Shown: piece by piece, positions 35,457-46,025 of the stretch
Position numbering within the stretch: position 1 is the first letter of the stretch
How the letters are laid out: every line of letters begins with the position of its first letter
IMG/VR virus record: IMGVR_UViG_3300013713_000001
Coordinates: 1 to 64,000 of that record
Strand: one strand, 5' to 3'
Source: a virus
Taxonomy: Duplodnaviria; Caudoviricetes
Length of the DNA stretch: 64,000 nucleotides
The notes under the pieces: model-generated
Databases searched by the model: none
What the model was told of the DNA's origin: nothing
Seen by the model: the letters and a program-made list of their open reading frames with translations, nothing else
Position numbers and translations under genes: made by a program

Positions 35457-38400
35457 ATGGCTATCACAGACGATGCAGTAAAGCCTGGTGATTTGCCGGC
35501 TATTAAAGAACAACCGATTTGGGAAGAACACCTACCTGCGCTTATTTCTGGCGTAAAGGTACAAGGTAAAAGTGATGGTTCCGGGGCGTCTAACTTCCAG
35601 GCCCGTGTTCTGGACAAACGTACCCGCTGGTTGAAAGAAGTAGTCGAAGGCTTGGCGTTGGGCGGTATTATCCTCTTGGGGTATCTGCCTGATGAAGACG
35701 CGCTGAACGAAGTAGAAACAGACAAACTCCAGGTCGGTACTGCTTACTTTGTTGACTTTGCCCTGCGGGTCTGGAACGGACAACAGTGGGCAACCTCTGG
35801 GTCCCTTCGTGGCGAACGCGGTCTTAACCTGCTGGGTGTATGGCCTGAGAAAGTTTCCCTTCCTGAAGTGGAAGAGAACGAGATCGGTGACGCCTACATC
35901 TGGAACCATGACTTCTGGGTGTTGGTTCCAAACCCGCTCCGCTGGGAACCGATGGGTATTCGAGGTCCGGAGGGTAAGTCCGCCTATGAGGTCTGGGAGA
36001 GCCAACCTGCCAACGCGGGTAAGAGTGAAACGCAGTACCTGAAGTCACTCATCGCCAAAGACAACTACCAGATCGCCGTTGAGGAAGGGTTCAAGGGTAC
36101 CCGTAGTGAGTGGGTCGATTCCCTGCGCGCCAAGAACAACTATGAACTGTGGTTGCAGGCAGGTAATAAAGGCAGTCTTGAAGATTACCTGGTTACTTTG
36201 AAGTCCACGGTTCCTGGTCCCAAGGGCGACAACATCAAAGGTGACCCAGGAGATAATGGCAAAGACGGACGTAACCTCTACATCAAGGGAACCGTCCCGA
36301 CCCGTGGGTGGCTCGAGGGGTTACCGACAAAGGAAGACCAGGACGCCTACATCACGGCTGACGATAACCACCTGTGGATGTACTTGGTTCCCGGTGGCTT
36401 TACCGACCTTGGTCCCTTCAGGGGTAGTGATGGTAAAGATGGTAAGAATGGCCGGAACATCGTTCTGCTGGGTGCAGTGGAAGCTATTGCTAACTTGCCA
36501 AAGGGCCCTGTCGACCAGGACTGCTATGCGGTAACAGCGGTCAATGCGGTCTACATGTTTATCTCCAGCCAAGGCTGGACGAACCTGGGGACCTTCAAAG
36601 GCCGGGACGGTACCAATGGGACCAACGGCACCAATGGCACTAACGGGAAGAATGGGACTAACGGTCTTAACATCGTGCTTACTGGCGCGGTTGATAAGTT
36701 CAGTGAGCTTCCGGTCACCCCAGCTGAGCAAGACGTCTACGCCGTTCGTGAAGAGAACCGTCTGTATGGACGTATCAATTCCGTCTGGGTTCACCTTGGG
36801 ACCTTTAAGGGAGAAAAGGGTGATACCGGGGATAAGGGCGAAGACGGAAAGAGTATCAAAGGGGATAAAGGTGAGGATGGTAAGGACGGTCGCAACATCA
36901 TCGTCAAGAACGTCTTGCCAAGTGCTAGTGATCTCCCCGCCACGGCTAACCAGGAGCAGGATTGCTACGCGGTCAATGACACGAACGAAGTGTTCATGTG
37001 GATCGATGCAAAATGGAAAAGTCTCGGCAAGTTTAAAGGACGTGACGGTACTAACGGGGTCAACATTGTTGTAAAGGGTTCGGTAGCCTCATTCGCTGCC
37101 CTTCCTTCTGGTCCTGCGGAGCAGGACGTTTATTCTGTTCAGGATGAAAACGCGCTTTACGCCTTTGTTTCGGGAGCATGGTTAAACCTCGGTACCTTTA
37201 AAGGTAAAGACGGTAGAAACGGCACTGATGGTAAGAACGGTAAAGATGGTGCCAATGGCAAGTCCACTGACATCATCAAAGTCCTTACTGAAGAAGACCA
37301 GACCCCTCCCCCGCTTGATAGCACTACTCTTGGAAAGTCCTACTTGGACTTGAACAACATCGTCTGGATCAACTTGGACCTGAAATGGCAAAAGGTTGGT
37401 CCGTTTAACGGTGAGAAAGGTGACATTGGTCCGGCGGGTCCACCGATGAAGATCCGTGGTACTGTGCCTACTCTAGCGGACCTGCCTGCATTGGAGGACA
37501 CTGAGGAAGGCGACCTCTGGTACACCGCGGACACCAAACTGGCTTACGGTGTTGTTGACGGTAACTGGACTGATGCGATTGACATGATTGGCCCAGAAGG
37601 TAAGCAAGGCCTGGAGGGTCTACCAGGTGCGTTGATGCCGATCCTTGGCCTCTACGATACCTTGCCTGCGTTGATCGCCGATCGCCCCACGGGTTCTAAA
37701 GGGGATGCTTACCTTGTCGTCACCGGTCAAGACAGCCGTAACCTGATCGTCTGGAACACGAACACCAATAGCTGGCAGGACACCGGTCCGGCAGGCTTGC
37801 CAGGTCCACGCGGTCCAGCTGGTAAGGACTCTGTGGTTCCAGGTCCACGTGGTGAGAAGGGAAGTCAATGGCTGATCCTTCCTGCTGACCAGGACGAACC
37901 TTCCGACACGTTTAACGGGCGCACAGGTGACTGGGCGGTTACGAAGAACATGCGGGTCTGGTACAAGACTGCAGAGGGTTGGATCTTCTGGAACTGGATC
38001 GTGGCAGGTGACGTTAACTCACCTTTGAAAGGAGAAGGGATCGTTGCGCGTTATGGGGCTGAATGGGTTCCCCTACCCGTTGACGAGGTAAAGGAGGCTG
38101 TTGCCGGTAAGGTCTACGGTCGTCGTCTGAAAACAGGTGACGATGAAGTGACAGAATGGGTAGAGATTGAATTCCCTGATGTCATGACCAAAGACGGGAA
38201 GCCGTACGCCCGTGTTTGGTTGACCGATGGTGATGCACCCGTCTGGCAGGAGATTCAGTTCCCTAAGGGTATTGAAGATCTGAAGACCAAAGACGGCAAA
38301 CAACATGCACGGGTTTGGGAAGCTGACGGAACAGCACCCGTCTGGAAAGAGATCGTTTTCCCTAAAGGGATTACTGACCTCCTTACCAAGGACGACAACA

Positions 38401-38933
38401 AGCAGTTTGTTCGTGTCTTCAAGAACGGATCAGACACCCCAATCTGGCAAGAGCTGAAACTGCCTGAAGCGGGCATTGCGGACGTTAAGAACCCGGAAGC
38501 CGGTGCGGTATACCTGCGGGATCCAGGAAACAACACGTGGGTTAAATACCTCAAGTCCGCCAGCGATGGTCGTCAGTACCTTCAAAAGGACGGGAGTTGG
38601 ATCCGGTTTGACCGTTACGACCTTGCCATCAAGACGGTTACTGCGAGCTACCAGATTGACCCTGAGGTCGATCAGATCGTTGCAGTGACGAACACTACCA
38701 GCACGGCAAAGGTGATCTCCATCAAGGATTTCCTCTCTGACCGCGCGACAACAGTGATCGTCAGAATCAAGGGGACTACCGGGGCGATCTCGTATGGCGG
38801 AACAAACATTCGCTGGGATACCCGTTTGAATGGTGGTAGTCCGCCTGATTTGAGCACCTACCGAACCTCGCTTGTGTTCTTCTGGGACGGTGAAGTGTGG
38901 ACCGGTAACGTGAGTTCGACCACTAACCAATAA
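35457..38933 (+). CDS. Tail fibre 1 (collagen-like linkers plus repeated ~55-aa modules)
   Basis: 1158 aa; N-terminal GASNFQARVLDKRTRWLKE; GKSAYEVW repeats; Gly-X-Y runs; repeated G...LP...QD.Y.V.....W..LG.FKG; C-terminal FFWDGEVW. Confidence 0.85.
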   Translation: MAITDDAVKPGDLPAIKEQPIWEEHLPALISGVKVQGKSDGSGASNFQARVLDKRTRWLKEVVEGLALGGIILLGYLPDEDALNEVETDKLQVGTAYFVDFALRVWNGQQWATSGSLRGERGLNLLGVWPEKVSLPEVEENEIGDAYIWNHDFWVLVPNPLRWEPMGIRGPEGKSAYEVWESQPANAGKSETQYLKSLIAKDNYQIAVEEGFKGTRSEWVDSLRAKNNYELWLQAGNKGSLEDYLVTLKSTVPGPKGDNIKGDPGDNGKDGRNLYIKGTVPTRGWLEGLPTKEDQDAYITADDNHLWMYLVPGGFTDLGPFRGSDGKDGKNGRNIVLLGAVEAIANLPKGPVDQDCYAVTAVNAVYMFISSQGWTNLGTFKGRDGTNGTNGTNGTNGKNGTNGLNIVLTGAVDKFSELPVTPAEQDVYAVREENRLYGRINSVWVHLGTFKGEKGDTGDKGEDGKSIKGDKGEDGKDGRNIIVKNVLPSASDLPATANQEQDCYAVNDTNEVFMWIDAKWKSLGKFKGRDGTNGVNIVVKGSVASFAALPSGPAEQDVYSVQDENALYAFVSGAWLNLGTFKGKDGRNGTDGKNGKDGANGKSTDIIKVLTEEDQTPPPLDSTTLGKSYLDLNNIVWINLDLKWQKVGPFNGEKGDIGPAGPPMKIRGTVPTLADLPALEDTEEGDLWYTADTKLAYGVVDGNWTDAIDMIGPEGKQGLEGLPGALMPILGLYDTLPALIADRPTGSKGDAYLVVTGQDSRNLIVWNTNTNSWQDTGPAGLPGPRGPAGKDSVVPGPRGEKGSQWLILPADQDEPSDTFNGRTGDWAVTKNMRVWYKTAEGWIFWNWIVAGDVNSPLKGEGIVARYGAEWVPLPVDEVKEAVAGKVYGRRLKTGDDEVTEWVEIEFPDVMTKDGKPYARVWLTDGDAPVWQEIQFPKGIEDLKTKDGKQHARVWEADGTAPVWKEIVFPKGITDLLTKDDNKQFVRVFKNGSDTPIWQELKLPEAGIADVKNPEAGAVYLRDPGNNTWVKYLKSASDGRQYLQKDGSWIRFDRYDLAIKTVTASYQIDPEVDQIVAVTNTTSTAKVISIKDFLSDRATTVIVRIKGTTGAISYGGTNIRWDTRLNGGSPPDLSTYRTSLVFFWDGEVWTGNVSSTTNQ
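36609..36665 (+). repeat. 9-bp-period tandem repeat encoding GTNGTNGTNGTNGKNGTNG
   Basis: GGTACCAATGGGACCAACGGCACCAATGGCACTAACGGGAAGAATGGGACTAACGGT. Confidence 0.8.
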
Positions 38934-38940
38934 AGGTACA

Positions 38941-38971
38941 GAGTGAGGAGGGTACGTGCCCTCCTTTACTC
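38941..38971 (+). terminator. Hairpin between fibre 1 and its chaperone
   Basis: GAGTGAGGAGGGTA-CG-TGCCCTCCTTTACTC. Confidence 0.55.
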
Positions 38972-38986
38972 CTTAAGGAAATTATC

Positions 38987-39673
38987 ATGGAAAACGCAGA
39001 GGAAGAAGTTGTAGGGTTTCCGGTAACACGAGATACCCCGCTCATCGACGTTAACACCCTCGAGTACCCGATCTACATCAAGGACCTGAACGAGCGCCTG
39101 GAATACCCGACGTCATTTGGTCCTACCGTTAACAGTGAGACCCTTCGGCATTTCGGTTATGCTCCGGTTGAACACAGTGCGATACCAGACAAAGAAGTTG
39201 TGACCGAAGGCCAGCCTAAACTGGTTGATGGGACATGGCAACGCACCTGGATAACCCGTGAATACAGCGAACAGGAAATGGCTGACCAGCTAGGTCGTCT
39301 AAAGGAAGACCTGTTGGTGGCAATTGAGCAACTGCGCGAGCAGCAATTCGCAATCGGCTTCCCGTATCAGTTCGGTGATGGTCAGACCTACCACGTCCAG
39401 ATCCGCGACGGTGACCGGGCTAACATCCTGGCCAAGCGAACCCGTGCTAAGGAATCCCTTGGAGAAGGTGATGGTAGCTACACCGTTGACTTCCAGGTCT
39501 ACGAAAACGTTGCAGTGACCCTGAACGCAAAAGAGATGGTGGCGATGAGTAACGCTGCTGATGATCAAGCCAGCCACGGTTACAAAGCGATCTGGGAACT
39601 CAAGAATGCTGTAAAGAAAGCAGGTAGTGTCTCTGAATTGCCTGAACTTCCAGCATCGATTTTCGTAGTTTAA
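38987..39673 (+). CDS. Tail fibre assembly / chaperone protein (DUF4376-like)
   Basis: EG.P.LVDGTW..TW, Q.RDGDRANI, ENV.V.L.AKEM, W.LK..V..A.S..EL; follows the fibre gene. Confidence 0.75.
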   Translation: MENAEEEVVGFPVTRDTPLIDVNTLEYPIYIKDLNERLEYPTSFGPTVNSETLRHFGYAPVEHSAIPDKEVVTEGQPKLVDGTWQRTWITREYSEQEMADQLGRLKEDLLVAIEQLREQQFAIGFPYQFGDGQTYHVQIRDGDRANILAKRTRAKESLGEGDGSYTVDFQVYENVAVTLNAKEMVAMSNAADDQASHGYKAIWELKNAVKKAGSVSELPELPASIFVV

Positions 39674-39687
39674 CCGGGGTATAGACA

Positions 39688-40158
39688 ATGAGTACCTTTA
39701 CACAATTCAGCGGTGAAGAACAGTTACGTTACAACAGAGTACTGAGTAAATTGGCCGGGGTAAGTTTGTGGGACACCTTGCCGGGTTTCCGGTACTACCT
39801 TGGTGAAAAGGATTCCAATCGCTGGGTGGACGTGGAAAGCGGATTCATTACCGATGGGGCCACTATCCCACGTGCTTTCTGGTGGCTCCTTCCCCCTATC
39901 GACGAATACACACAGTGCACCACCCTACACGACAAGCTCTGTACGACGTACACCATCACAGAGCTTATCAACGGTGTAGAGCACCAGGTACCAGTGACAC
40001 GTAAACAAATCGATGCGATTCTCCAAGAGTCCATGGTTGTTCTTAATGTCACCCCCTGGAAAAGAAACTTCATCATGACAGGCGTCAATCTCAATAGGCG
40101 GGTTAGAAACCCCACTAAACCTAAACCCGTGTACTCGTTACTGGCCGGGATGGGTTAA
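39688..40158 (+). CDS. DUF1353-family protein
   Basis: V..GFITDGATIPR.FW...P...LHD.L...R.Q.D signature. Confidence 0.75.
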   Translation: MSTFTQFSGEEQLRYNRVLSKLAGVSLWDTLPGFRYYLGEKDSNRWVDVESGFITDGATIPRAFWWLLPPIDEYTQCTTLHDKLCTTYTITELINGVEHQVPVTRKQIDAILQESMVVLNVTPWKRNFIMTGVNLNRRVRNPTKPKPVYSLLAGMG

Positions 40159-40174
40159 TGTAAGGAGTGTTACT

Positions 40175-41110
40175 GTGATTGAATTATTGTCGTGCGGGAA
40201 CAGTAAGCCCCGTGTCGAATACCCTGATTCTGGTCCGGGACCCATTACTCTCTCCAAGGGTGATGAGACGCTTGGATTATTTGGTATCGTAAGTTATTCA
40301 GATTTCTTTACTGGGACCGAATTAATTAAAGCCACCGGGTCTCCGGCTAAAACCAGTCCTACAGATACTACGGACTGGGTAAAGATGATGGTAGACAAAC
40401 AAGTTCTGTTTATTCCTAGACGGCCGCTAAGCTCGGGCGGTAACTGGAATGAGTTTTACGAGAGAGGGCTCGTTTACGGGGATGGGACTGACGGTAAGTA
40501 CCCCTCAGTCACCCCCGTAAAACAGCAATCGCTGGTTGTAAAGGCTGGAAGTATTTTTAGGGTAAGGCTTTTCGGAAAGGGTGATCCGGATCCAATAACG
40601 GTGCCCGCTGGCGCTTCTAACACCCAGTTGTTAAAGGATTTTGAGCTAGGTCGTTTCTTGGCGGCCACTCACTACATGCCAGGTAACAACCATGAGCAAC
40701 TAAGCAACTCATGGAGGCTCTACCCCATGGACAGTGGGGTCACTTGGATATCTAGAGCGATATGGATGATGGAGACCTATGGCAGTAATGTTAGTCAAGC
40801 ACTTTCTTACTACCTGCGGTCATTCCCTGCTCCAGAGCCGATGTACCTTAATAAAAGCATATCTTCCACTAACAGCTATCTTTGGTGGCCCGTGCTTGAG
40901 GTAATGCCGGTCGATACATTGTTTGCAATTGATACGCCTTCCAATCTCGTCATAGACGAAACAGTTCCCGCTCCGATAGCGGTTACCTCGACTGATTATG
41001 AGGAGGCTACCGAAGCTGACATGCTGAAACCCATCTCTCTTCAGGGAGTCCGTTACGACACGACAGACCCTAAAGCTGTCGCGATCACTTCGCTTGATTA
41101 TGAAGCGTAA
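40175..41110 (+). CDS. phiKZ gp131-like virion (baseplate/fibre-associated) protein
   Basis: PDSGPGP..L..GD..LG.FG.V...DF, W.K......LFIP, W...Y..GLVYG, WWPVLE. Confidence 0.7.
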   Translation: MIELLSCGNSKPRVEYPDSGPGPITLSKGDETLGLFGIVSYSDFFTGTELIKATGSPAKTSPTDTTDWVKMMVDKQVLFIPRRPLSSGGNWNEFYERGLVYGDGTDGKYPSVTPVKQQSLVVKAGSIFRVRLFGKGDPDPITVPAGASNTQLLKDFELGRFLAATHYMPGNNHEQLSNSWRLYPMDSGVTWISRAIWMMETYGSNVSQALSYYLRSFPAPEPMYLNKSISSTNSYLWWPVLEVMPVDTLFAIDTPSNLVIDETVPAPIAVTSTDYEEATEADMLKPISLQGVRYDTTDPKAVAITSLDYEA

Positions 41111-41121
41111 GGATAAAGAAC

Positions 41122-42102
41122 ATGCGAGTAAGACTTCGTTGGAAAGATCAAAACTCTAAACCTCACGACACCCTTATTTACCGTAGTGACACGCGGCCTA
41201 CTGCTGACCCTACAGGGACCCCACTGGTAAAACTGAGCAATGGGGAAACCGTTTGGGAGGATGTGACTGTAGTGAAGGGCGCAACCTATTGGTACACCTT
41301 TGTTGTCGCTAACAAAACCAATCGGGTCGTAAGTACGCCTGTCCAGGTTATCGCTCTTCCTAGAACTGGACATGGCCCTCAGGAAATAGTCTGGGGTGAT
41401 CAAGACTGGGGAATCTACGGCTACGTGGATGAAAACCTGTTTATCACTACCGCAAAACTGTTCTCACTGTTTGAGCCCGGTGGAAGCTTTTTTACAACAT
41501 CGGGTACTGTCGCCAATTACTGGAACAAGTTTGTGCGTAACGGCAAGACTCTATTTGTCCCGAGAAAGGCCGTTTCTTTCAATACGAATTGGAATGATCT
41601 CTATTTGAAAGGCTTGGTCTTTGGTGTTAATGGACCCGGCCCTCAAACAGGAGGCAACCCAGAAACCAACCAGCTGCGTACAGTTATCATTGATGGCGAT
41701 GAGTATATCGTCCGGCTCCCTACCGGATTTGACGATCGCGATAACCCAACGCGTGTTATCCCGGGTGAACTGACCCCTAGTAACGGAGGCCCTTTCCGTA
41801 AATACAGTGAGTTGGCCGATTTGTTCTGGTCGACTATCCCTGCATTTCCGCCTGACCGTAACCGCGCCATGAATGGACTATTAATGTGGTATTACCCGTT
41901 GATAGGATCATCAGGAGGGTCGATTATCCCCCAGGAGATTAATCCTAATAACAATTCCATCATGGCCCCTCTAGGGTTTACCGCTAACACGGATGTTCAG
42001 CCATTCTTCCGTTCAACACAGTACGCAAACGCGTCTCGTTACGCTGCCTGTGGGTGGTGGCCAATTCTTGAATTGATCGAAACGTTGGAGGTCGTCGTAT
42101 GA
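41122..42102 (+). CDS. gp131-like virion protein with an N-terminal FN3/Ig-like domain
   Basis: MRVRLRW...IYRS...W.D..V..G..Y.Y, then the GP.....GD..WG.YG...WWPILE domain. Confidence 0.7.
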   Translation: MRVRLRWKDQNSKPHDTLIYRSDTRPTADPTGTPLVKLSNGETVWEDVTVVKGATYWYTFVVANKTNRVVSTPVQVIALPRTGHGPQEIVWGDQDWGIYGYVDENLFITTAKLFSLFEPGGSFFTTSGTVANYWNKFVRNGKTLFVPRKAVSFNTNWNDLYLKGLVFGVNGPGPQTGGNPETNQLRTVIIDGDEYIVRLPTGFDDRDNPTRVIPGELTPSNGGPFRKYSELADLFWSTIPAFPPDRNRAMNGLLMWYYPLIGSSGGSIIPQEINPNNNSIMAPLGFTANTDVQPFFRSTQYANASRYAACGWWPILELIETLEVVV

Positions 42103-43004
42103 GTGTTCGAGTTAAGTGGTTGAACCGGAACGCTAGCTACGATTCCATTACTGTTTACCGAGATACAAAGAAAATCAGTCCGGATTCTCTGCCTGCGCCC
42201 ATTGCAACGTTAACCGGGGGCGAGAAGAGTTACCTTGATACGACAGCTCCAACGAAAACCTTGCTGTATTACCTCATTGCGTTAAAGAAAGGCTCGTCAA
42301 CGATATACTCTAAGCCCAAGCCTACCGTCAACGTAGGGTACACGGGACCTGGTCCGCAAGCTATTCAACTAGGCGATTGGCGGTTCGGTTACTTCGGGAC
42401 GTTAACTGAACTAGAATTTTTTAGTGCAGCCGAGGTAACCGCCCAGACAGGCATTACGAACCCCACAACCTCTACAACCACCTGGTACAAGTTTGCTTTC
42501 AGGGGAAAGGTCCTTTACATCCCTAACGGGCACCTGAGCACTGCTGTAGGGTGGAATCTTCTCTACTCCAAAGGGATGGTGTTTGGGATTGATGGCCCGG
42601 GGCCGACTGGTCACCAGAACACACCCGTGACGCAGATGCAAACGGTGACCAAAGGCGATGATCAGTTCATTGTTCGTTTACCGCGTTCCAACAACACCCC
42701 GGGCTACGTAGCGGGAACTACAGACTTTGCGTCAGGAGAGGGGATTGCCGAATATGCGCTTCTTATCTCCTTAGGAAATAAACCCACTGGGGAGGAAAAC
42801 CCTATCCTCGGCAACGCGGGGTTCTCTGGAGTTCCTGCGGTGGCCCCACTTGCTGAGTTTCAAGCTGGAGCACCAGCTTCAACCGGATGTAACCACGTTT
42901 ACGCGAATGGCGGAACAAATGTCAACATCACGCAGCTAACTAACTGTAACCGAAATACGTCTACCTACTGTTGGAGACCTGTCCTGGAATGGGTCATGCG
43001 CTAG
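42099..43004 (+). CDS. gp131-like virion protein with an N-terminal FN3/Ig-like domain
   Basis: Paralog of the previous gene; GPGP..I..GD..FGYFG...WRPVLE; ATGA-coupled. Confidence 0.7.
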   Translation: MSVRVKWLNRNASYDSITVYRDTKKISPDSLPAPIATLTGGEKSYLDTTAPTKTLLYYLIALKKGSSTIYSKPKPTVNVGYTGPGPQAIQLGDWRFGYFGTLTELEFFSAAEVTAQTGITNPTTSTTTWYKFAFRGKVLYIPNGHLSTAVGWNLLYSKGMVFGIDGPGPTGHQNTPVTQMQTVTKGDDQFIVRLPRSNNTPGYVAGTTDFASGEGIAEYALLISLGNKPTGEENPILGNAGFSGVPAVAPLAEFQAGAPASTGCNHVYANGGTNVNITQLTNCNRNTSTYCWRPVLEWVMR

Positions 43005-43028
43005 ATAACCTTTGATAGGACAATGTAG

Positions 43029-45980
43029 ATGGCTATTACTGATGATTCTGTTAAACCAGGTGACCTTCCTGGTATTGTTGAAGAAGCCGAATGGGAGGAA
43101 CACCTCCCCGCTCTGGTGACCGGCGTTAAGGTTCAGGGTAAACGCGATGGCACAGGGGCTTCCAACTTCCAGGCTCGGGTATTCGATAAGCGTACCCGTT
43201 GGCTGAAAGAGTTGTTCGAAAACTTCCAGCGTATCAACGGCACTGGGGTTATCCTCAAAGGGGTGCTCTACACCGAACAGGCGCTGGCCGCGATTCCAAC
43301 CGATGATCTCCTGATCGGGACCGCTTACTTCCTCAATTTCGAACTGAGGATGTGGAACGGTAAGGAGTGGGCGTCCTCGGGTTCCTTGCGTGGCGACCGG
43401 GGTATCAACATCCTTGGTGTCTGGCCGGATGAGGTAGAGCTCCCCGACTATAAACAACGTCAGATGGGCGATGCCTACATCTACAAGCACGACATCTGGG
43501 TACTTGTTCCTGACTTCGATTACTATGACACCAACCCTGACCCCAATGCCCCGCCGGTCTGGGAAGAACTGGGGATTCGCGGTCCAGCAGGGGCATCGAC
43601 CTACGAAACTTGGAAAGAACAGCCGGGTAATAAGGATAAGGGCATTGATGCATTCCTTAGTGCCCAGAAAGGGGAGAAGGGTGACGATGGTTTCGAGACC
43701 TGGAAAAAGATCCCAGGTAACGCAAAGAAAACCATTGAGGATTGGGCCGAAGCAATGCGCGGCAAGCAGGGGATCCAGGGTGACCCTCGTGCCCCGTTCA
43801 CTGTAGCCGGGTCCAAGGAAACGATTACCCAGTTACCCTTCCCAGGTGATGAAAAGAAGGCCTACTACGTTGGCATTGATCTCTACGTTTGGGTAGAAGG
43901 CATTCAGGACTACTTCGTGGTACCCGGCCTTAAAGGGATGAGCGCTTACGAAGACTGGTTGGCATCCGACCCTGAGCATGCTGGCTTGAGTGTTGATGTG
44001 TTCCTTAACTCACTTATCTCCCAGGTCCCCGGACCACGAGGCTTTAAGGGCGAAGATGGTAAGGACGGTCGCAACCTGCGAGTGAAGGGAACTGTTAGCA
44101 ATGCTGGTAATCTCCGGGAAATCCTGAAGCCGGAGGACCAAGACGGTTACGTGGCATCCGATACCGGTCGCCTGTGGATGTGGCTACCGAACGACCCTGA
44201 GCCTGGTTGGGTAGACCTCGGGCCTTACCGCGGGGTTGATGGTCTGGACTCCTACCAGGTCTGGAAGAAGAACGTCAATCCTGAAGGGACCATGGGTGAA
44301 TACCTGGCGTCCATCAAGGGTAAAGACGGGATCAACATGAAAGTTAACGGGATCGTTGATACCCTCAACGACCTTCCGATTAACGCTCAAGAGCAGATGT
44401 TGTACGCTGTTATTGAGGAACACTCGTTCTACATGTACCTGGACGGCGCCTGGGCCAACATTGGCAACTACGGGATGGATGGCAAAGACGGTATCGACGG
44501 GAAATCCCTCGACATCATCAAGGTCTTTACCGAAGCTGACCAAGTCATTCCTCCTGCCGATGCCAGTACCAAGGGTAAGGCCTATGTCTCCCTTAACCCT
44601 CGCGATGTCTACGTCAACGTCAGCGGGTACAACTGGATCAACGCAGGTCCCTTCATGCCTGAGGGCAAGCAGGGGATCCAGGGCGTGGCGTTCCGTCCGA
44701 AGGGTACGGTCACCTCGTTGCAAGAACTTCCAAGGATTGGCGGGAAGGATGGGGCTCAAGAAGGTGACAGCTACTCGGTCATCTCCGAAGCCAAGAAGAT
44801 GTGGACAGTTATCGAGGGGCGGTGGGAAGGTCCTATCGATATCGTTGGTCCCCAAGGTGATCAAGGCATCCAGGGTATCCCGGGTGCACTGATGCCGATC
44901 AAGGGCGTCTACAAGAGCATGCCCCTGTTGCGTGCCGCTAAGCCGACTGGGTCACTCGGTGATGCTTACATGATCATCGACCTTGACGCCAAGCCTGACC
45001 CTATCCGTAACCTGGCCATCTGGTCTGAAGAAGGCAATGACTGGGTCGACACGGGACCTGCAGGGGTTAAGGGTGAACGGGGTCCAGCGGGTCCAGCCTC
45101 TACGATCCCAGGTCCTATCGGTAGCCAGTGGCTGATCCTCGACACCCAGGATGCCCCTTCCAACGTCTTCAACGGCCGTGAGGGGGATTGGGCAGTTAAC
45201 CGGTTGATGCGAGTGTACTACCGTACTGCTACGAGCTGGGCATACTGGGGAACACTGGTCGCAGGTGACGTTAACTCGCCGCTGCAGTCTGAAGGTAAGG
45301 TGGTTCGTTACGGTGACGTCTGGGTCCCTCTTCCTGTTGACGAAGTAAAGAACGCAGAGCAAGGTAAATTCTACGGTCGGACGATAGTAGGGCAAACTGA
45401 AAGTGGGGGTAACGTTCTCGATTGGTCGGAAATCAAGACCATCGAGGACCTCAAGACCAAGGATGATGTCAAACAGTTCGTTCGGGTCTTCAAGAAGGAC
45501 TCGTCGGTTCCCGTCTGGGCTGAACTGGATGGTATGCAGGACCCCTTGAACCCAAAGGACGGTGCCTACTACCTGCGTTTCAGTAAGAACAAATCGTGGG
45601 TCGAGTTTAAAGTAGCGCCATCTGACGACAAGTTGTACATGTCGAAAAATGGTGACTGGGTAGCCTTTGACCGCTACGACGTTCTCATGAAGAAGATCAC
45701 TACCACGTACCAGATCGACCCGTTGGTCGAGCAGTTCGTAAAACTCGACAACACTGCTGCAACAGCTAAGACCATCAGTCTCAAAGCGGGTCCTAAAGAC
45801 CGCGGAATGGTTGTTGTACTGGTCGTTGTTGGTATCACGGGTGGTCTTCTCTACGACAGCACAAACATCAAGTGGGACCTTAACACCATCCCCTCGTTGA
45901 GCGGAACTCGCAACGTCATCTCCTTTGTGTGGGACGGCGAGTTCTGGCTCGGTGCGAAAGGGGCAAACCCAACTACTTAA
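43029..45980 (+). CDS. Tail fibre 2 (paralog of fibre 1)
   Basis: 983 aa; the same MAITDD.VKPGDLP...WEEHLPAL N-terminus, VAGDVNSPL, FDRYD and FVWDGEFW. Confidence 0.85.
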   Translation: MAITDDSVKPGDLPGIVEEAEWEEHLPALVTGVKVQGKRDGTGASNFQARVFDKRTRWLKELFENFQRINGTGVILKGVLYTEQALAAIPTDDLLIGTAYFLNFELRMWNGKEWASSGSLRGDRGINILGVWPDEVELPDYKQRQMGDAYIYKHDIWVLVPDFDYYDTNPDPNAPPVWEELGIRGPAGASTYETWKEQPGNKDKGIDAFLSAQKGEKGDDGFETWKKIPGNAKKTIEDWAEAMRGKQGIQGDPRAPFTVAGSKETITQLPFPGDEKKAYYVGIDLYVWVEGIQDYFVVPGLKGMSAYEDWLASDPEHAGLSVDVFLNSLISQVPGPRGFKGEDGKDGRNLRVKGTVSNAGNLREILKPEDQDGYVASDTGRLWMWLPNDPEPGWVDLGPYRGVDGLDSYQVWKKNVNPEGTMGEYLASIKGKDGINMKVNGIVDTLNDLPINAQEQMLYAVIEEHSFYMYLDGAWANIGNYGMDGKDGIDGKSLDIIKVFTEADQVIPPADASTKGKAYVSLNPRDVYVNVSGYNWINAGPFMPEGKQGIQGVAFRPKGTVTSLQELPRIGGKDGAQEGDSYSVISEAKKMWTVIEGRWEGPIDIVGPQGDQGIQGIPGALMPIKGVYKSMPLLRAAKPTGSLGDAYMIIDLDAKPDPIRNLAIWSEEGNDWVDTGPAGVKGERGPAGPASTIPGPIGSQWLILDTQDAPSNVFNGREGDWAVNRLMRVYYRTATSWAYWGTLVAGDVNSPLQSEGKVVRYGDVWVPLPVDEVKNAEQGKFYGRTIVGQTESGGNVLDWSEIKTIEDLKTKDDVKQFVRVFKKDSSVPVWAELDGMQDPLNPKDGAYYLRFSKNKSWVEFKVAPSDDKLYMSKNGDWVAFDRYDVLMKKITTTYQIDPLVEQFVKLDNTAATAKTISLKAGPKDRGMVVVLVVVGITGGLLYDSTNIKWDLNTIPSLSGTRNVISFVWDGEFWLGAKGANPTT

Positions 45981-45982
45981 GG

Positions 45983-46016
45983 CAGAGAAGGGGCGGTACC
46001 TCCGTCCCTTTCTCTG
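45983..46016 (+). terminator. Hairpin between fibre 2 and its chaperone
   Basis: CAGAGAAGGGGCGG-TACCT-CCGTCCCTTTCTCTG, abutting the GGAGG Shine-Dalgarno. Confidence 0.55.
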
Positions 46017-46025
46017 GAGGTTTAT

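Noticed and set aside
35457-45980. Diversity-generating retroelement or invertible fibre switch
   Set aside because: No reverse transcriptase, invertase, inverted repeats or adenine-specific template/variable pair seen; the fibres are diverged paralogs in the same orientation.
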